Position numbers and translations under genes: made by a program. Under the pieces are notes generated by a model, which made no database searches, was not told the DNA's origin, and worked only from the letters and a program-made list of their open reading frames with translations. Source: Candidatus Uhrbacteria bacterium (GTDB lineage: Bacteria; Patescibacteriota; Patescibacteriia; JACRJV01). From it: a DNA stretch of 64,000 nt. The stretch spans positions 31,955 through 95,954 of the forward strand of contig JACRJV010000026.1 in assembly GCA_016215325.1 (NCBI GenBank). Reading direction: 5' to 3'. Shown piece after piece: positions 48,395 through 58,636 of the stretch (positions within the stretch are counted from its first letter, which is position 1; every line of letters begins with the position of its first letter).

Positions 48395-48688
48395 CTACCC
48401 GAGCAGTTGTGACAGCGAGGCCGCTTTCACGGTCTTACGGGCCGCATATTCTTGATTGCCTTGTGCGACAATATCAAGAATTTCGTCTTCTTCGTGATGC
48501 TTCATTTCCTCCAGTGTTCGCAGCGCCTCATATCGATCTAATCCCATAATTACGGCAGCGGGCTTCTCACGGACAGAGAGAATATACTCCCCGCCATATC
48601 GATCCAAATCGCGCACAACCGTCTTGGTTTGCCGCTGGAGCTTTGCCATGCCAATGATGCGAGGGATGAATTTAGAAGGCCGTCTCAT
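48395..48688 (-). CDS. type II toxin-antitoxin system Phd/YefM family antitoxin (start may be 48649, MAKLQRQ)
   Basis: EYILSVREKPAAVIMGLDRYEALRTLEEM matches the Phd/YefM pattern; 4 bp upstream of the toxin gene. Confidence 0.65.
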   Translation of the reverse strand: MRRPSKFIPRIIGMAKLQRQTKTVVRDLDRYGGEYILSVREKPAAVIMGLDRYEALRTLEEMKHHEEDEILDIVAQGNQEYAARKTVKAASLSQLLG

Positions 48689-48699
48689 ATATGAAAATT

Positions 48700-48750
48700 A
48701 TATGATAAAAATCATATTAATATCATATAAATGTTATCGGAATTTGTCAA
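48700..48750 (-). promoter_or_regulatory. sigma-70-like promoter (TTGACA-17-TATGAT on the minus strand) overlapping AT-rich palindromes (atatgat-aaaa-atcatat; atattaatat), a putative TA operator
   Basis: The -35 is complementary to plus 48745-48750, the -10 to 48722-48727. Palindromes are at 48700-48717 and 48715-48724. Confidence 0.45.
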
Positions 48751-48756
48751 CAATGT

Positions 48757-50340
48757 TCACTCTGCATCCGGAGCCTCGATCAGCCCCAACTTGACAAGGC
48801 GAGAGCGGATAGCGCACTTCCGTCGGCCAAAAGCCGTTGAAATATCCTCGATGTCACTGCCCGCGGTATACTGGTCTGTGAGCAATGCGTCGTCTGCCTT
48901 GCTCCAGGCGCGGTAGGCATTGGGGTACTCCTTGCGAATCCTGTCTACAGCGTAGGCTTTTTGCGCCCTTCCAACAAGTGGGACGACGGGTTTTTTCTTT
49001 GGTTCCTCCGATAATTGCCCCCCGCAAGCAACAACAAAATTATTCTGCATTCGTGAGAATTCTTCAGGGTTAATGGTGCCAAACGCATCACGCGTCTGTT
49101 GGCTGCGTTGCCGCAGCGCATGGTCATATTCGAGCACGTGGACATTGATGGTAAGCGCCGTCTGATTCCATCCGGACAAATAGAGCCCTTCCATGGTTCG
49201 CACCCGTGAGAGCGCCACATAGCCCTGCCCTTCCACAAACGCATGCTCTAAATCCACGTAGGCGTAATCGAGCGACATCCCCTGGCTTTTGTGAATAGTA
49301 ATTGCCCAGGCCAGACGCAAGGGCACCTGCGAAATTTGAGCCAGCACCCGCCCATGCTCTTCCAACGACCAGGACGCGGGTTCGGCAAGAATTGTCCGCC
49401 CCCCACGCGTTTGGACGATTGGATACTGCGTATCGTCATCAAAGTCGACCACCACCCCCAATGTTCCATTCACAAACGCACCCGTTATACTATTTTTGGT
49501 AAACATCACGGATGCTCCTTTTTTAAGCAACAATTGTTCGGGCGAAAGGCAGCCGCGCTTGAGCTGCTCTGCCAATGCCGCACGACCAGAATACGTCATG
49601 TCATGACGCACCGGCTCCCCGGGGATGCGTGCGAGTTCTGCACTGTTGATACGATCCACATCAACCGTATGCGGGTAGAGCTTGGGCGTATCATTGCTCA
49701 ACCGTGTGGGATCCGCGATGCAGCGAGTACTCAACTGCGTGCAATGCGCATCGGTGATCGCATTGTTGCGCAGCGCAGAAAGAATAGACAACAATGTTTG
49801 ATCTTCTTGCCGGTAATGCTCTTCAAGATAGCACACAAATGGGCTCACTTCCGCCCAAGCTTGAGATTCAAACGCAAATTGCGCGAGTGGCTCCCCCGGG
49901 CGCGACACCGGCGGGAGTTGAAAAAAATCGCCCACAAACAATACTTGCATCCCCCCAAATGGCTCATCGCGGCGTTTGACTTCGCGACATACGCGGTCCA
50001 CATTGCCCAAGATCGCCCCATCCAGCATCGAGATTTCATCAATTACTAGTACCCGCGTCCGATCAATGCGCTTGGCTACGCGCTCATTGCTGGCAATGCG
50101 GTCGATATCCCAATTGGAAAGATTCTTGCTAATGCCAATCCCGCTCCAGCTGTGCACCGTCATGCCGCCCAAGTGCGTTGCCGCAATGCCCGTGGAAGCC
50201 GTCACCGCCACATCAATCTTTGCCTGTTTTAAATACCGGACATACGCATTGGTCACATGCGTCTTGCCGCTTCCGGGCTCCCCGGTTAAAAACACGTTCG
50301 CGCCGGTCTTGAGGATATCCAGCGCTTCGGATTGGAGCAT
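48757..50340 (-). CDS. PIF1/RecD-family ATP-dependent DNA helicase
   Basis: Walker A TGEPGSGKTH, VLVIDEISM Walker B, and SF1B helicase motifs through KSQGMSLDY. Confidence 0.8.
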   Translation of the reverse strand: MLQSEALDILKTGANVFLTGEPGSGKTHVTNAYVRYLKQAKIDVAVTASTGIAATHLGGMTVHSWSGIGISKNLSNWDIDRIASNERVAKRIDRTRVLVIDEISMLDGAILGNVDRVCREVKRRDEPFGGMQVLFVGDFFQLPPVSRPGEPLAQFAFESQAWAEVSPFVCYLEEHYRQEDQTLLSILSALRNNAITDAHCTQLSTRCIADPTRLSNDTPKLYPHTVDVDRINSAELARIPGEPVRHDMTYSGRAALAEQLKRGCLSPEQLLLKKGASVMFTKNSITGAFVNGTLGVVVDFDDDTQYPIVQTRGGRTILAEPASWSLEEHGRVLAQISQVPLRLAWAITIHKSQGMSLDYAYVDLEHAFVEGQGYVALSRVRTMEGLYLSGWNQTALTINVHVLEYDHALRQRSQQTRDAFGTINPEEFSRMQNNFVVACGGQLSEEPKKKPVVPLVGRAQKAYAVDRIRKEYPNAYRAWSKADDALLTDQYTAGSDIEDISTAFGRRKCAIRSRLVKLGLIEAPDAE

Positions 50341-50352
50341 ACGATCTTGAAT

Positions 50353-50958
50353 TTATTCCAATATTCTCCCGCCAGAGGCGGGCAAGCAAGAATTTGAGAA
50401 TGATAAAAAGAACTGATGCACGGTGGGCTTCTCTAAATATTCTGGATGAAACGTGCTCACCAGCACATTGCCTTGTTGTGCAAGGATCGGCCCACCCCGG
50501 AGGTTGGCCAATACGGCCACACCATCCCCTACCGTGACGATCTTCGGCGCACGGATAAACACGGCTCGAATTTGCTCTCCTGTCGGTGTAAATACGACAT
50601 CTTCTTCAAACGAGTAAATCTGCGATCCGTAGGCATTGCGCGAAATTGCGATGTCGATGAGTTTGAGAGAGTCGATCGGTTTGGGCGATCCCACTTCCGA
50701 AGCCAGCGCAATGGCCCCTGCACAGGTGCCCATCACCGCAAGCGTGTTCGCTCGCACGCGCTCCTGGATTGTTACCCCCAGCCCACTTTCGTTTAGAAAT
50801 GCCGTGATGACCGTGCTCTCCCCGCCCGGGATAATCAAATGTGTAAGGGCATCGAGCTGCGCTCGGTCCGTTACCCGCAGTGATGTGGTGCCCAACCGTG
50901 CCAAAGCGTGTTCGTGCTCCGCGACATCGCCCTGAAATGCGAGGATACCACACGGCAT
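50353..50958 (-). CDS. pdxT: pyridoxal 5'-phosphate synthase glutaminase subunit PdxT
   Basis: GILAFQGDV...HLIIPGGEST and the catalytic triad pattern. Confidence 0.85.
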   Translation of the reverse strand: MPCGILAFQGDVAEHEHALARLGTTSLRVTDRAQLDALTHLIIPGGESTVITAFLNESGLGVTIQERVRANTLAVMGTCAGAIALASEVGSPKPIDSLKLIDIAISRNAYGSQIYSFEEDVVFTPTGEQIRAVFIRAPKIVTVGDGVAVLANLRGGPILAQQGNVLVSTFHPEYLEKPTVHQFFLSFSNSCLPASGGRILE

Positions 50959-50959
50959 A

Positions 50960-51832
50960 CTAGGCGTCGCGCCCCGCCATGTTAATTGCCAGCGCCCCCA
51001 TCTCCAACCCTTTCATCGCTGCGCCAAGACCCTCCGATACTTCGGCCAATTTTTTATAGTCTTGATAGTGCGTCGTTGCCTGCACAATCGCCTTGGCCGT
51101 CTTGACGGGATTCTCTGACTCAAAAATCCCAGAACCCACAAATACGCCATCGCTGCCCAAATACATGAGCAGAGCGGCGTCCGCCGGCGTCGCAATCCCG
51201 CCGGCAGCAAAATTCACTACCGGCAACTTCCCTCCTTTGGCAACCGCGGTCAGTAGATCCAACGACACGCCGAGTTCCTTGGCATACACAACAAGCTCTT
51301 CGTGCCCCATGGATTGCGCGCGCTTGATTTGCGACTGGATCGCACGCTGGTGTTTGACGGCTTCCACCACATTGCCGGTCCCGGCCTCGCCTTTCGTTCG
51401 GATCATGCTTGCGCCCTCCGCGATGCGCCGCAATGCTTCCCCAAGATCTCGGCACCCGCAAACAAAAGGAATTCGAAATTGCGTTTTGTCAATATGGAAC
51501 TGGTCATCCGCAGGCGTCAAGACTTCGGATTCATCGATAAAATCGATTTCAAGCGCTTCTAATATATGGGCCTCAATACCATGCCCGATACGCACCTTGG
51601 CCATCACGGGGATCGTCACCGCGCGTTTGATTTCCTTGATAAGCTTGGGGTCGCTCATGCGCGCTACTCCCCCCTCGGCTCGAATCTTTGACGGGATGCG
51701 TTCCAAGGCCATCACCGCGCATGCACCGGCCTCTTCGGCAATCCGCGCTTGATCGGCCGTGGAAACATCCATGATCACGCCGCCTTTGAGCATCTGTGCC
51801 AGCCGAATTCCTTGAATGTTTTGCGACTCCAT
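50960..51832 (-). CDS. pdxS: pyridoxal 5'-phosphate synthase lyase subunit PdxS (ORF track extends to 52000 via a non-native N-terminus)
   Basis: [35 protein letters not shown] is the canonical PdxS N-terminus. Confidence 0.9.
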   Translation of the reverse strand: MESQNIQGIRLAQMLKGGVIMDVSTADQARIAEEAGACAVMALERIPSKIRAEGGVARMSDPKLIKEIKRAVTIPVMAKVRIGHGIEAHILEALEIDFIDESEVLTPADDQFHIDKTQFRIPFVCGCRDLGEALRRIAEGASMIRTKGEAGTGNVVEAVKHQRAIQSQIKRAQSMGHEELVVYAKELGVSLDLLTAVAKGGKLPVVNFAAGGIATPADAALLMYLGSDGVFVGSGIFESENPVKTAKAIVQATTHYQDYKKLAEVSEGLGAAMKGLEMGALAINMAGRDA

Positions 51833-51837
51833 AACAA

Positions 51838-52122
51838 TTATTTTGAGAACAATGTCCAAATGCCGACAACAATAAAACCGGTTCCGCCCAACAGCTTGAG
51901 TGTTTTCTCGCTGACAAATTGCGAAAGGGTGCTGCCCAACAGCACGGCAATCGCGCTGGTGGCAATCAGTGCCAACGCGGCGCCGGCAAATACCGCCCAC
52001 CGACTATACTCCTTATTCGCACTAAACAGCAAGGTGGCGATTTGCGTCTTGTCCCCCAACTCTGCAAGAAAGATCGTCACAAACGCTGTAAAAAAAATAT
52101 TCATAACCGTTGCTTCTGCCAT
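51838..52122 (-). CDS. TMEM165/GDT1 (UPF0016) family membrane protein, single-repeat form
   Basis: ELGDKTQ signature motif; 94 aa with 3 TM. Confidence 0.6.
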   Translation of the reverse strand: MAEATVMNIFFTAFVTIFLAELGDKTQIATLLFSANKEYSRWAVFAGAALALIATSAIAVLLGSTLSQFVSEKTLKLLGGTGFIVVGIWTLFSK

Positions 52123-53897
52123 AATGAAAAAAATTTTCCTGTTTGGTCCATGAGTTCATTAAAACTCCCTTGCTCGATAATTTGGCCGTCTTCGATCATC
52201 AAAATCTTATCCATTTCGCGGATCGTCGTCAAACGATGAGCGATCACGATCGCGGTGACATGCTCGAAGAATGTATGCAGCGAATCCCTGATTTTTTCTT
52301 CCGATTCTAGATCTAAATGTGAAGTTGCTTCATCCAGCAGTAATAACTGCGGCTGCTTAAATATCGCGCGGGCAATCCCTAACCGCTGACGTTCGCCGCC
52401 CGAGAGCTTAATGCCTTTTTCCCCAATCATCGTTTCCAGCCCCTGCGGCAACCGTTTGACAACCGTGTCCATGTGCGCGATTTGGAGGGCGCGTTTGAGC
52501 AGCGTGTGGTCATTGTGTTTTTCGGAATTCGTAATGGTAATGTTATCCTTGAGCGAAAAATTAAACACCTCGGTGTCCTGGAGCACCACCGACACTGCGC
52601 CAAAGTAACTCTGTTTGCGGATCTGTTGGATTGGAACATCGTCAAGGGTGATAGAGCCCGTGAACTCTTCGCGCTCTTTAAGCAGGAGTTTAAACAGCGT
52701 TGACTTCCCTGCCCCCGAGAGCCCAACAATACCGACCTTTTCGCCCCTGGCAACATCAAATGTAAGGTGAGACAACACTGGGTTTCGCCCGTAGGCAAAC
52801 GTAACATCCTGCACACGGATTGTTTTCCAGTCCTGGGGGACGTCGACTTTACCGGTGTCATCATCGATCGTTATCGGTGTATTCAAAATATCCTTCATGC
52901 GCATCACGCTGATCTTTGCGATCACCAAATCTTGTGTGACGGCCGAAAGTTCGTCGATCGACTCGCGTAAATTTGTATAGTAGGTGCTAAACATCACCAA
53001 AAATCCAATGCCATGTCGGCCATCAATAATCCCTAGTGCGATCATGACGACGATCGCCAGGCGCATCCCGCCGCTGTAAAAATACGCAAACATGTTGCGC
53101 GATTGATGCCAAAAAATACGTACACGCAGGCGGGCAAACAACTCATCCATTTGGGCAAGCACGAGCCGGACGATTGTTCCGGCCATGCTCATCACCTTTA
53201 CGGTCTTGATGTTGTTGATCGCCTCGTACACCAAGCCGTTCACTTTTTCCTCTTGGACATTGACATGGTACGAAGAGAGCCCGGCGCGGCGCGTGATCGC
53301 GCTGGAGATAAAGAAGTACGTTATGAGGTAGAAGACCAGCACCAATAACACCGAGCGATCAAACTGGGAAATAATAATGTTGATCGCCACGAGATTGACG
53401 GCAATTTCAATCAGGTTATCAAACCAGATACGCAACATCTTATTCAACCCCTCCCCCGCATTCTGGATGCGCTTGATTTTATTGCCGGTATTTTCCCGTT
53501 CATGCCAGCGCATGTCTAACCGAAAAAGATGTTTGAGTGTGGAAAGGTTCGCGTCAATACCCACCCGCTCAGCCACCTGATAGCCGAAGAATTTTGCCAA
53601 AAATTGAGCGAGCGCCCGCGTAAACAATGCCACTAACCACAGCGCCATGATCCGCCAAAATGGAGTTAATGACGCGCCCGGAGAATACGTTGTCAAATAC
53701 GTTACAACAGCAGCAAATGCGTACGCGGGATACAACCACGCCATGTCCCCGACGACACGAATGAGCGATGCAGCAACAAAACGCCCGCGATAGGGCGTAA
53801 GCAGATGCACCAGATCGCGAATCAACTGGCCATTGCTATACTGGCCAATCGCCTCACGGGCTTCAGTGGGATCGATGAGTCTATGCGCGGATGTCAT
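52101..53897 (-). CDS. ABC transporter ATP-binding/permease fusion (exporter, MsbA-like)
   Basis: Six N-terminal TMs. Walker A GLSGAGKST, signature LSGGERQRLGIARAI, Walker B LLLDEATSHLD. Confidence 0.85.
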   Translation of the reverse strand: MTSAHRLIDPTEAREAIGQYSNGQLIRDLVHLLTPYRGRFVAASLIRVVGDMAWLYPAYAFAAVVTYLTTYSPGASLTPFWRIMALWLVALFTRALAQFLAKFFGYQVAERVGIDANLSTLKHLFRLDMRWHERENTGNKIKRIQNAGEGLNKMLRIWFDNLIEIAVNLVAINIIISQFDRSVLLVLVFYLITYFFISSAITRRAGLSSYHVNVQEEKVNGLVYEAINNIKTVKVMSMAGTIVRLVLAQMDELFARLRVRIFWHQSRNMFAYFYSGGMRLAIVVMIALGIIDGRHGIGFLVMFSTYYTNLRESIDELSAVTQDLVIAKISVMRMKDILNTPITIDDDTGKVDVPQDWKTIRVQDVTFAYGRNPVLSHLTFDVARGEKVGIVGLSGAGKSTLFKLLLKEREEFTGSITLDDVPIQQIRKQSYFGAVSVVLQDTEVFNFSLKDNITITNSEKHNDHTLLKRALQIAHMDTVVKRLPQGLETMIGEKGIKLSGGERQRLGIARAIFKQPQLLLLDEATSHLDLESEEKIRDSLHTFFEHVTAIVIAHRLTTIREMDKILMIEDGQIIEQGSFNELMDQTGKFFSLWQKQRL

Positions 53898-53902
53898 GGT
53901 TG

Positions 53903-55225
53903 TTATTTCATGGCGGATTTGACCAGAGCATTGAATTGCTTGTTGGTGAGCAACCTCCGCTCGATGATCACTCTGCGCAACGTTTTGCCCGACCGCACCG
54001 CCTCTTTCACCGCGGAGGCAACCGCCTCATACCCGAGCCGCGGGGAAAGGCCCACGCCAAACGCAGTGGAGCGCTCTAATAATTCTCTACAGCGTTTTTT
54101 ATCAGCGATAATACCAGCGACGCAGGCCATGGCAAATTGCCGGAGCATTTCATCCATCATCTGGATTGACTCCAACAGGCGATCCGTGATAATCGGCAAA
54201 AACACCGCCATCTCCAATTGTGCGCTTTGTGCCGCAAGCTCAATAGTAAGATTGTTGCCGGAAACAAGACAATACAGTTGCGTGAGTGCTTCGGGCATGA
54301 TCGGATTCACTTTACCGGGCATAATGGACGAACCAGGCTGAAGTTCTGGTAAATGGATTTCTCCGATGCCGCCCTTTGGACCGCTCGAAAGGAACCGAAG
54401 ATCATGCGCAATCTTTGTGAGATCCGTACACAGCGCGGTCAAACTCTGGGAAAACGCCACAAAATCCGAGCTGCTGCTCGTCAAGGGCATAAAATTATCA
54501 GCTGGCTTGATGGGTAACTCCGTAATTTTTTTAAGCTGCGGGTAAAGGGCGCGAATATATTTAGGCGAAGCGTTAATAGAATTGCCGACCGCACTGCCAC
54601 CCAAATTAAGTTCAAACAATGGCTGGAGGGCCGCTTCAACGCGCCGACCCCCCCGCTTGATCACATCGCCATAGGCTTTGAATTCACTCCCAACAGTAAT
54701 TGGCGCCGCATCCTGCATGTGCGTACGCCCGAGTTTTTGAATGCTGCGGAATTGCTCCGCCTTTTTATGAAACACTTTTACGAGCTCTTTGACCGTCGCT
54801 AATAGACTGTGCGTTCGTCGGATTGCCGCGATGCGCAATGCCGACGGCATCACATCGTTTGTGGAGTGTGAACGATTGACGTGATCATTGGGGTGAATAA
54901 CAATTTTTTTATGGCCTTGCGCAGCCAGTTCAGTGGCCCGCGTTGCAATCACTTCATTCACATTCATGTGATTGGAGGTCCCTGCCCCGCCTTGGAAGGC
55001 GGGGAGAACAAATTGATCGTCAAATTGCCCAGCAAGAATCTCATCACAGGCCCGGATAATTGCTTGCGCACGCGTCCCCTTCAGTTCGTGAACAGTACGG
55101 TGTGCGATGGCTGCAGCCTTTTTGATTTCAACGATCGCATACAAAAAATCCTTGGGTGTGGCCCGGGAGGTAAACGGGAAGTTCCTGATCGCCTTTTTGG
55201 TTTGATAGTCGTAATAGATTTTCAT
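53903..55225 (-). CDS. class II fumarate hydratase / aspartate ammonia-lyase family enzyme (lyase-1 superfamily)
   Basis: GSSIMPGKVNP signature sequence; 440 aa. The adjacent malic enzyme suggests fumarase, but the aspartase/fumarase split cannot be settled by eye. Confidence 0.8.
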   Translation of the reverse strand: MKIYYDYQTKKAIRNFPFTSRATPKDFLYAIVEIKKAAAIAHRTVHELKGTRAQAIIRACDEILAGQFDDQFVLPAFQGGAGTSNHMNVNEVIATRATELAAQGHKKIVIHPNDHVNRSHSTNDVMPSALRIAAIRRTHSLLATVKELVKVFHKKAEQFRSIQKLGRTHMQDAAPITVGSEFKAYGDVIKRGGRRVEAALQPLFELNLGGSAVGNSINASPKYIRALYPQLKKITELPIKPADNFMPLTSSSSDFVAFSQSLTALCTDLTKIAHDLRFLSSGPKGGIGEIHLPELQPGSSIMPGKVNPIMPEALTQLYCLVSGNNLTIELAAQSAQLEMAVFLPIITDRLLESIQMMDEMLRQFAMACVAGIIADKKRCRELLERSTAFGVGLSPRLGYEAVASAVKEAVRSGKTLRRVIIERRLLTNKQFNALVKSAMK

Positions 55226-55234
55226 ATCCTTGGG

Positions 55235-56413
55235 CTATCGAATCGCACTTGCCACTGCCGTAACCACCCTCTTATCCAGCGCACCCGGCAGGATACGCGT
55301 TCTGGTCGGCCGATGAATGCACGCTGCAAGGCGCTTTGCGGCAGCCAAAAGCATTGCCTGCGTGATCGTTCGTACCTGGTGGTCCAATGCGCCGCGGAAC
55401 ACCCCGGGGAATGCCAAAACATTATTCAATTGATTGGGGTAATCCGAACGACCAGTGGCCACGATCAGTGCCCCCGCATTCTTGGCAACCTTCGGATCAA
55501 TCTCTGGGTCAGGGTTAGATAATGCAAAAATAATAGGGTCTGGATTCATTGTTCGGACCATTGGTGCGGTCACAATACCGGCGGCGCCACTGACCCCGAT
55601 AAAGACGTCCGCGCCGATCAGGGCGTCTATGAGTTTTCCAACCTGCTTTTGGCGATTGGTATGCCGCGCCAGCTCGGCCATGGGTTTGTTCAAGCGCCGG
55701 TCACCATGACATAAAATCCCATGCCGATCCACAACAATAACATCGCTCGCCCCATATTGTACCAAAAGATTGGTGATCGCGGTACCCGCCGCGCCAGCCC
55801 CGCACACGACAATACGGCAGGCTTGAATGCGCTCTCCCTTGACCTTGAGCGCATTGATGAGCGCCGCCAAGGCAACAACCGCCGTGCCATGCTGGTCGTC
55901 ATGAAGTACCGGAATACTAAGCGCACTGCGCAGACGCCCCTCAATTTCAAAACAGCGGGGAGCGGCAATGTCTTCAAGATTGATCGCCCCAAATACCGGG
56001 GCGATGTGCTTAATCGTGGCAATAACTTCCTCAACATCTTGCGTATCCAAACAAATCGGGAACGCATCAATGTTCGCCAGCTTCTTAAAGAGGATGCACT
56101 TCCCCTCCATCACGGGCAACGCTGGCAACGGCCCCAAGTTCCCAAGTCCCAACACGGCGCTGCCATCCGTGATCACCGCAACGGAATTTTTTTTAATCGT
56201 CATCGAGGCAGCTGCGCGGGGGGTTTTGGCGATGGCGCGGCACACCGCGGCCACTCCCGGGGTGTAGGCAACGCTCAAATCGCGGCGGTTGTTGATGGGC
56301 GCCTTTGATCGTACCTCAAGTTTTCCGCCCCATTGTTTGTGGAGTTTTATCGATCGCCGTCTAATGGCCATGGGATGGTTCATGCCGTTGCTGTGCCTTT
56401 GCGCGTCTTCCAA
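55235..56413 (-). CDS. NAD(P)-dependent malic enzyme (true start probably a few codons downstream)
   Basis: Malic enzyme N-terminal and NAD-binding regions (VVCGAGAAGTAI), about 390 aa short form. Confidence 0.8.
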   Translation of the reverse strand: MEDAQRHSNGMNHPMAIRRRSIKLHKQWGGKLEVRSKAPINNRRDLSVAYTPGVAAVCRAIAKTPRAAASMTIKKNSVAVITDGSAVLGLGNLGPLPALPVMEGKCILFKKLANIDAFPICLDTQDVEEVIATIKHIAPVFGAINLEDIAAPRCFEIEGRLRSALSIPVLHDDQHGTAVVALAALINALKVKGERIQACRIVVCGAGAAGTAITNLLVQYGASDVIVVDRHGILCHGDRRLNKPMAELARHTNRQKQVGKLIDALIGADVFIGVSGAAGIVTAPMVRTMNPDPIIFALSNPDPEIDPKVAKNAGALIVATGRSDYPNQLNNVLAFPGVFRGALDHQVRTITQAMLLAAAKRLAACIHRPTRTRILPGALDKRVVTAVASAIR

Positions 56414-56820
56414 TACGCATCAAGGCTCCATGCTCCAGCGCCGTACGCCGCCAAAAAGAGGAAGATAAAACACAGGAGCACCGCGGGCTGACCTTGGTTG
56501 AGCAGCGGCACGAACAGATTGCCCTGCGCCGCATGGCCCATAAAGTAGGCAACCGCCATTTCACCAGAAAGGATGAATGCCACGGGGCGCGTAAAGAGTC
56601 CGAACAGGATTGCAATTCCGCCAAAAAACTCCAGGACACCCGCAACCAGCATGAGTGGTGGCAACGCACCGCCGGGCATACCTCCGAACCATCCCCACAA
56701 TTTCAATCCACCCACTTGTATAAACAATCCTGCAGCGACCACGCGCAGCAAAAATACGGCGATTTGAATTTGACGATCTCGACTCATCATAATAATGAAG
56801 TTATGAATAACAAAATACAA
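56380..56820 (-). CDS. DoxX family membrane protein
   Basis: 146 aa with four TMs, and the glycine-rich helix spacing (AAGLFIQVGGLKLWGWFGG) is characteristic of DoxX. Confidence 0.6.
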   Translation of the reverse strand: MYFVIHNFIIMMSRDRQIQIAVFLLRVVAAGLFIQVGGLKLWGWFGGMPGGALPPLMLVAGVLEFFGGIAILFGLFTRPVAFILSGEMAVAYFMGHAAQGNLFVPLLNQGQPAVLLCFIFLFLAAYGAGAWSLDAYWKTRKGTATA

Positions 56821-56989
56821 ACACTGCTCAACTGTTGTTCTGGGGCTACCCCTTCAACCACAGTGCTTCGATTGTACATGATTTATCCAGAATGTAAAAG
56901 AAAAATAGGGCGAATGATGCTATTTTCTAAATGAATATCAATAAATATATATTGACAAACGATAAAAATGAACACATCGCGCATTGTGC

Positions 56990-58510
56990 TCAATCAGCAT
57001 CGTTCAGCTGGAAGTCTTTGTACAACTCAAGCTCTTTCATTATTGGACCGAGGATTTGGTCTGCTTTCCGCCGCGACAAGTTAAACGATTGCCATGTTGA
57101 ACGATCGGGTGAATCGATCTGTCGAGCCCGCCAATACAACTGGTGACCGACCGATTTCCGCACCTCTTCATTGGACATCGTTAAGAGCGGTACCAGGTCC
57201 GGTAGAGCATCACTCGAAAGCTCCAACAAATAAAACGCATCAAACTTCCCTGTGGCCGAAAATCGCTCAATGTTGCGACGCACGATAAACGCATCGGGAT
57301 TCAGTATATTCATCGACACCAGAAACAGTGCTATCGAAACAAATACTCGAAACGCAAATGCATTTTCTCGGTTATCGTTGTGCATCTTATACAGTAATAA
57401 ACAGAAAACGACTGCGAGCAAGATGATAAACGCATGGCTATATAATCGGAGGGTGGTCAGCCCGTACGCTTCTTCATAGAGTGACAAACGACGTACGGCA
57501 GAAGCCATAATAAGCATGACTTGGACTACAAGGGCGGTGCCGAGGATTTTGAAGCCGATCGCATGGCGCATTTCTCTTTTAAGGACATACTGGTCGAGAG
57601 CGAGCAGAAGTAACAAGGAGATAATCGCGACCGTAATCAACTCAAAAAATCCCCGTCGCGCATATTCCGCATACGTTAAACCCAGGTCAGCCAGGGCAAT
57701 CCCTCCTCCAAAAAGATATGTTAACTGAACAAGGATAAACAGAAAAAAAAGACCATTCACTGAACCGAGGAGAATAGAACTTTCTATTTGGCCAAGGCCG
57801 TAGTTTGTACTATTGTCCTCCATGGTAGTCTGATCATTCTTTTCCGACAATAAATAGGAATACGCGCCAATGAAAATGAGTGTGACAACCAACACCAGGA
57901 TCCCGCGAGCAATCACTTCTTCTTCAATATGAAACGCGATCAGATCCGATACATATTTTTGGAATACTAAATCTGCTGAGGAGAACAGGAGTGCGAAGAT
58001 GACGAAAACAGGCACTGTGATCAACAAACCCTTAACAACCTGCGATGCTATTTTCCCATCATTATATGCCCGCCGCAGCAAAAACAACGCAGACAAGGTG
58101 GGGATAATCCGACGGATAAACGCAAAGGGAAGGGAGAAGATTGATAGGTAATCTCTAATTAAAAATTTTTTTATATTCTGCCCAAAAGACACTTCATTAA
58201 TGATCAATAACAGTAGTAGTGAAGCGACAATGTTGAGAAATGTGAGAAGACCGCTTGAACGGACAAACACCATTGTGCTGAAAAAAATAAGCGGCATCAA
58301 AAGCCAAAGGACATCCGAATTTACCGGTTTATGTATAGAGCGTGCAATGCCAAATACCCCGAGAACCACCAACGTAACGTAGATCGGGAAAGAAATGCCG
58401 GGAACTTTTTCAACAAAGAAATAATTAAATAGCAATCCCAACAACAACGATATTCCGACCACGAGCCCGGTACTAGATAACGGATTTGCTTGCGGATGTT
58501 GTCTATCCAT
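56990..58510 (-). CDS. large polytopic membrane protein of unknown function (ORF track extends to 58624 across the tRNA-Ser; trimmed to Met MDRQHP)
   Basis: About 500 aa with at least 10 TM helices. Confidence 0.5.
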   Translation of the reverse strand: MDRQHPQANPLSSTGLVVGISLLLGLLFNYFFVEKVPGISFPIYVTLVVLGVFGIARSIHKPVNSDVLWLLMPLIFFSTMVFVRSSGLLTFLNIVASLLLLLIINEVSFGQNIKKFLIRDYLSIFSLPFAFIRRIIPTLSALFLLRRAYNDGKIASQVVKGLLITVPVFVIFALLFSSADLVFQKYVSDLIAFHIEEEVIARGILVLVVTLIFIGAYSYLLSEKNDQTTMEDNSTNYGLGQIESSILLGSVNGLFFLFILVQLTYLFGGGIALADLGLTYAEYARRGFFELITVAIISLLLLLALDQYVLKREMRHAIGFKILGTALVVQVMLIMASAVRRLSLYEEAYGLTTLRLYSHAFIILLAVVFCLLLYKMHNDNRENAFAFRVFVSIALFLVSMNILNPDAFIVRRNIERFSATGKFDAFYLLELSSDALPDLVPLLTMSNEEVRKSVGHQLYWRARQIDSPDRSTWQSFNLSRRKADQILGPIMKELELYKDFQLNDAD

Positions 58511-58532
58511 ATATCTTGGGGGGTGGGGAATT

Positions 58533-58622
<90 letters not shown>

Positions 58623-58636
58623 ACGAATTAATTGTT

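Noticed and set aside
51833-52000. N-terminal 56-aa extension of pdxS
   Set aside because: The Cys/Arg-rich extension overlaps the upstream TMEM165-like gene. PdxS homology starts at MESQNIQG.
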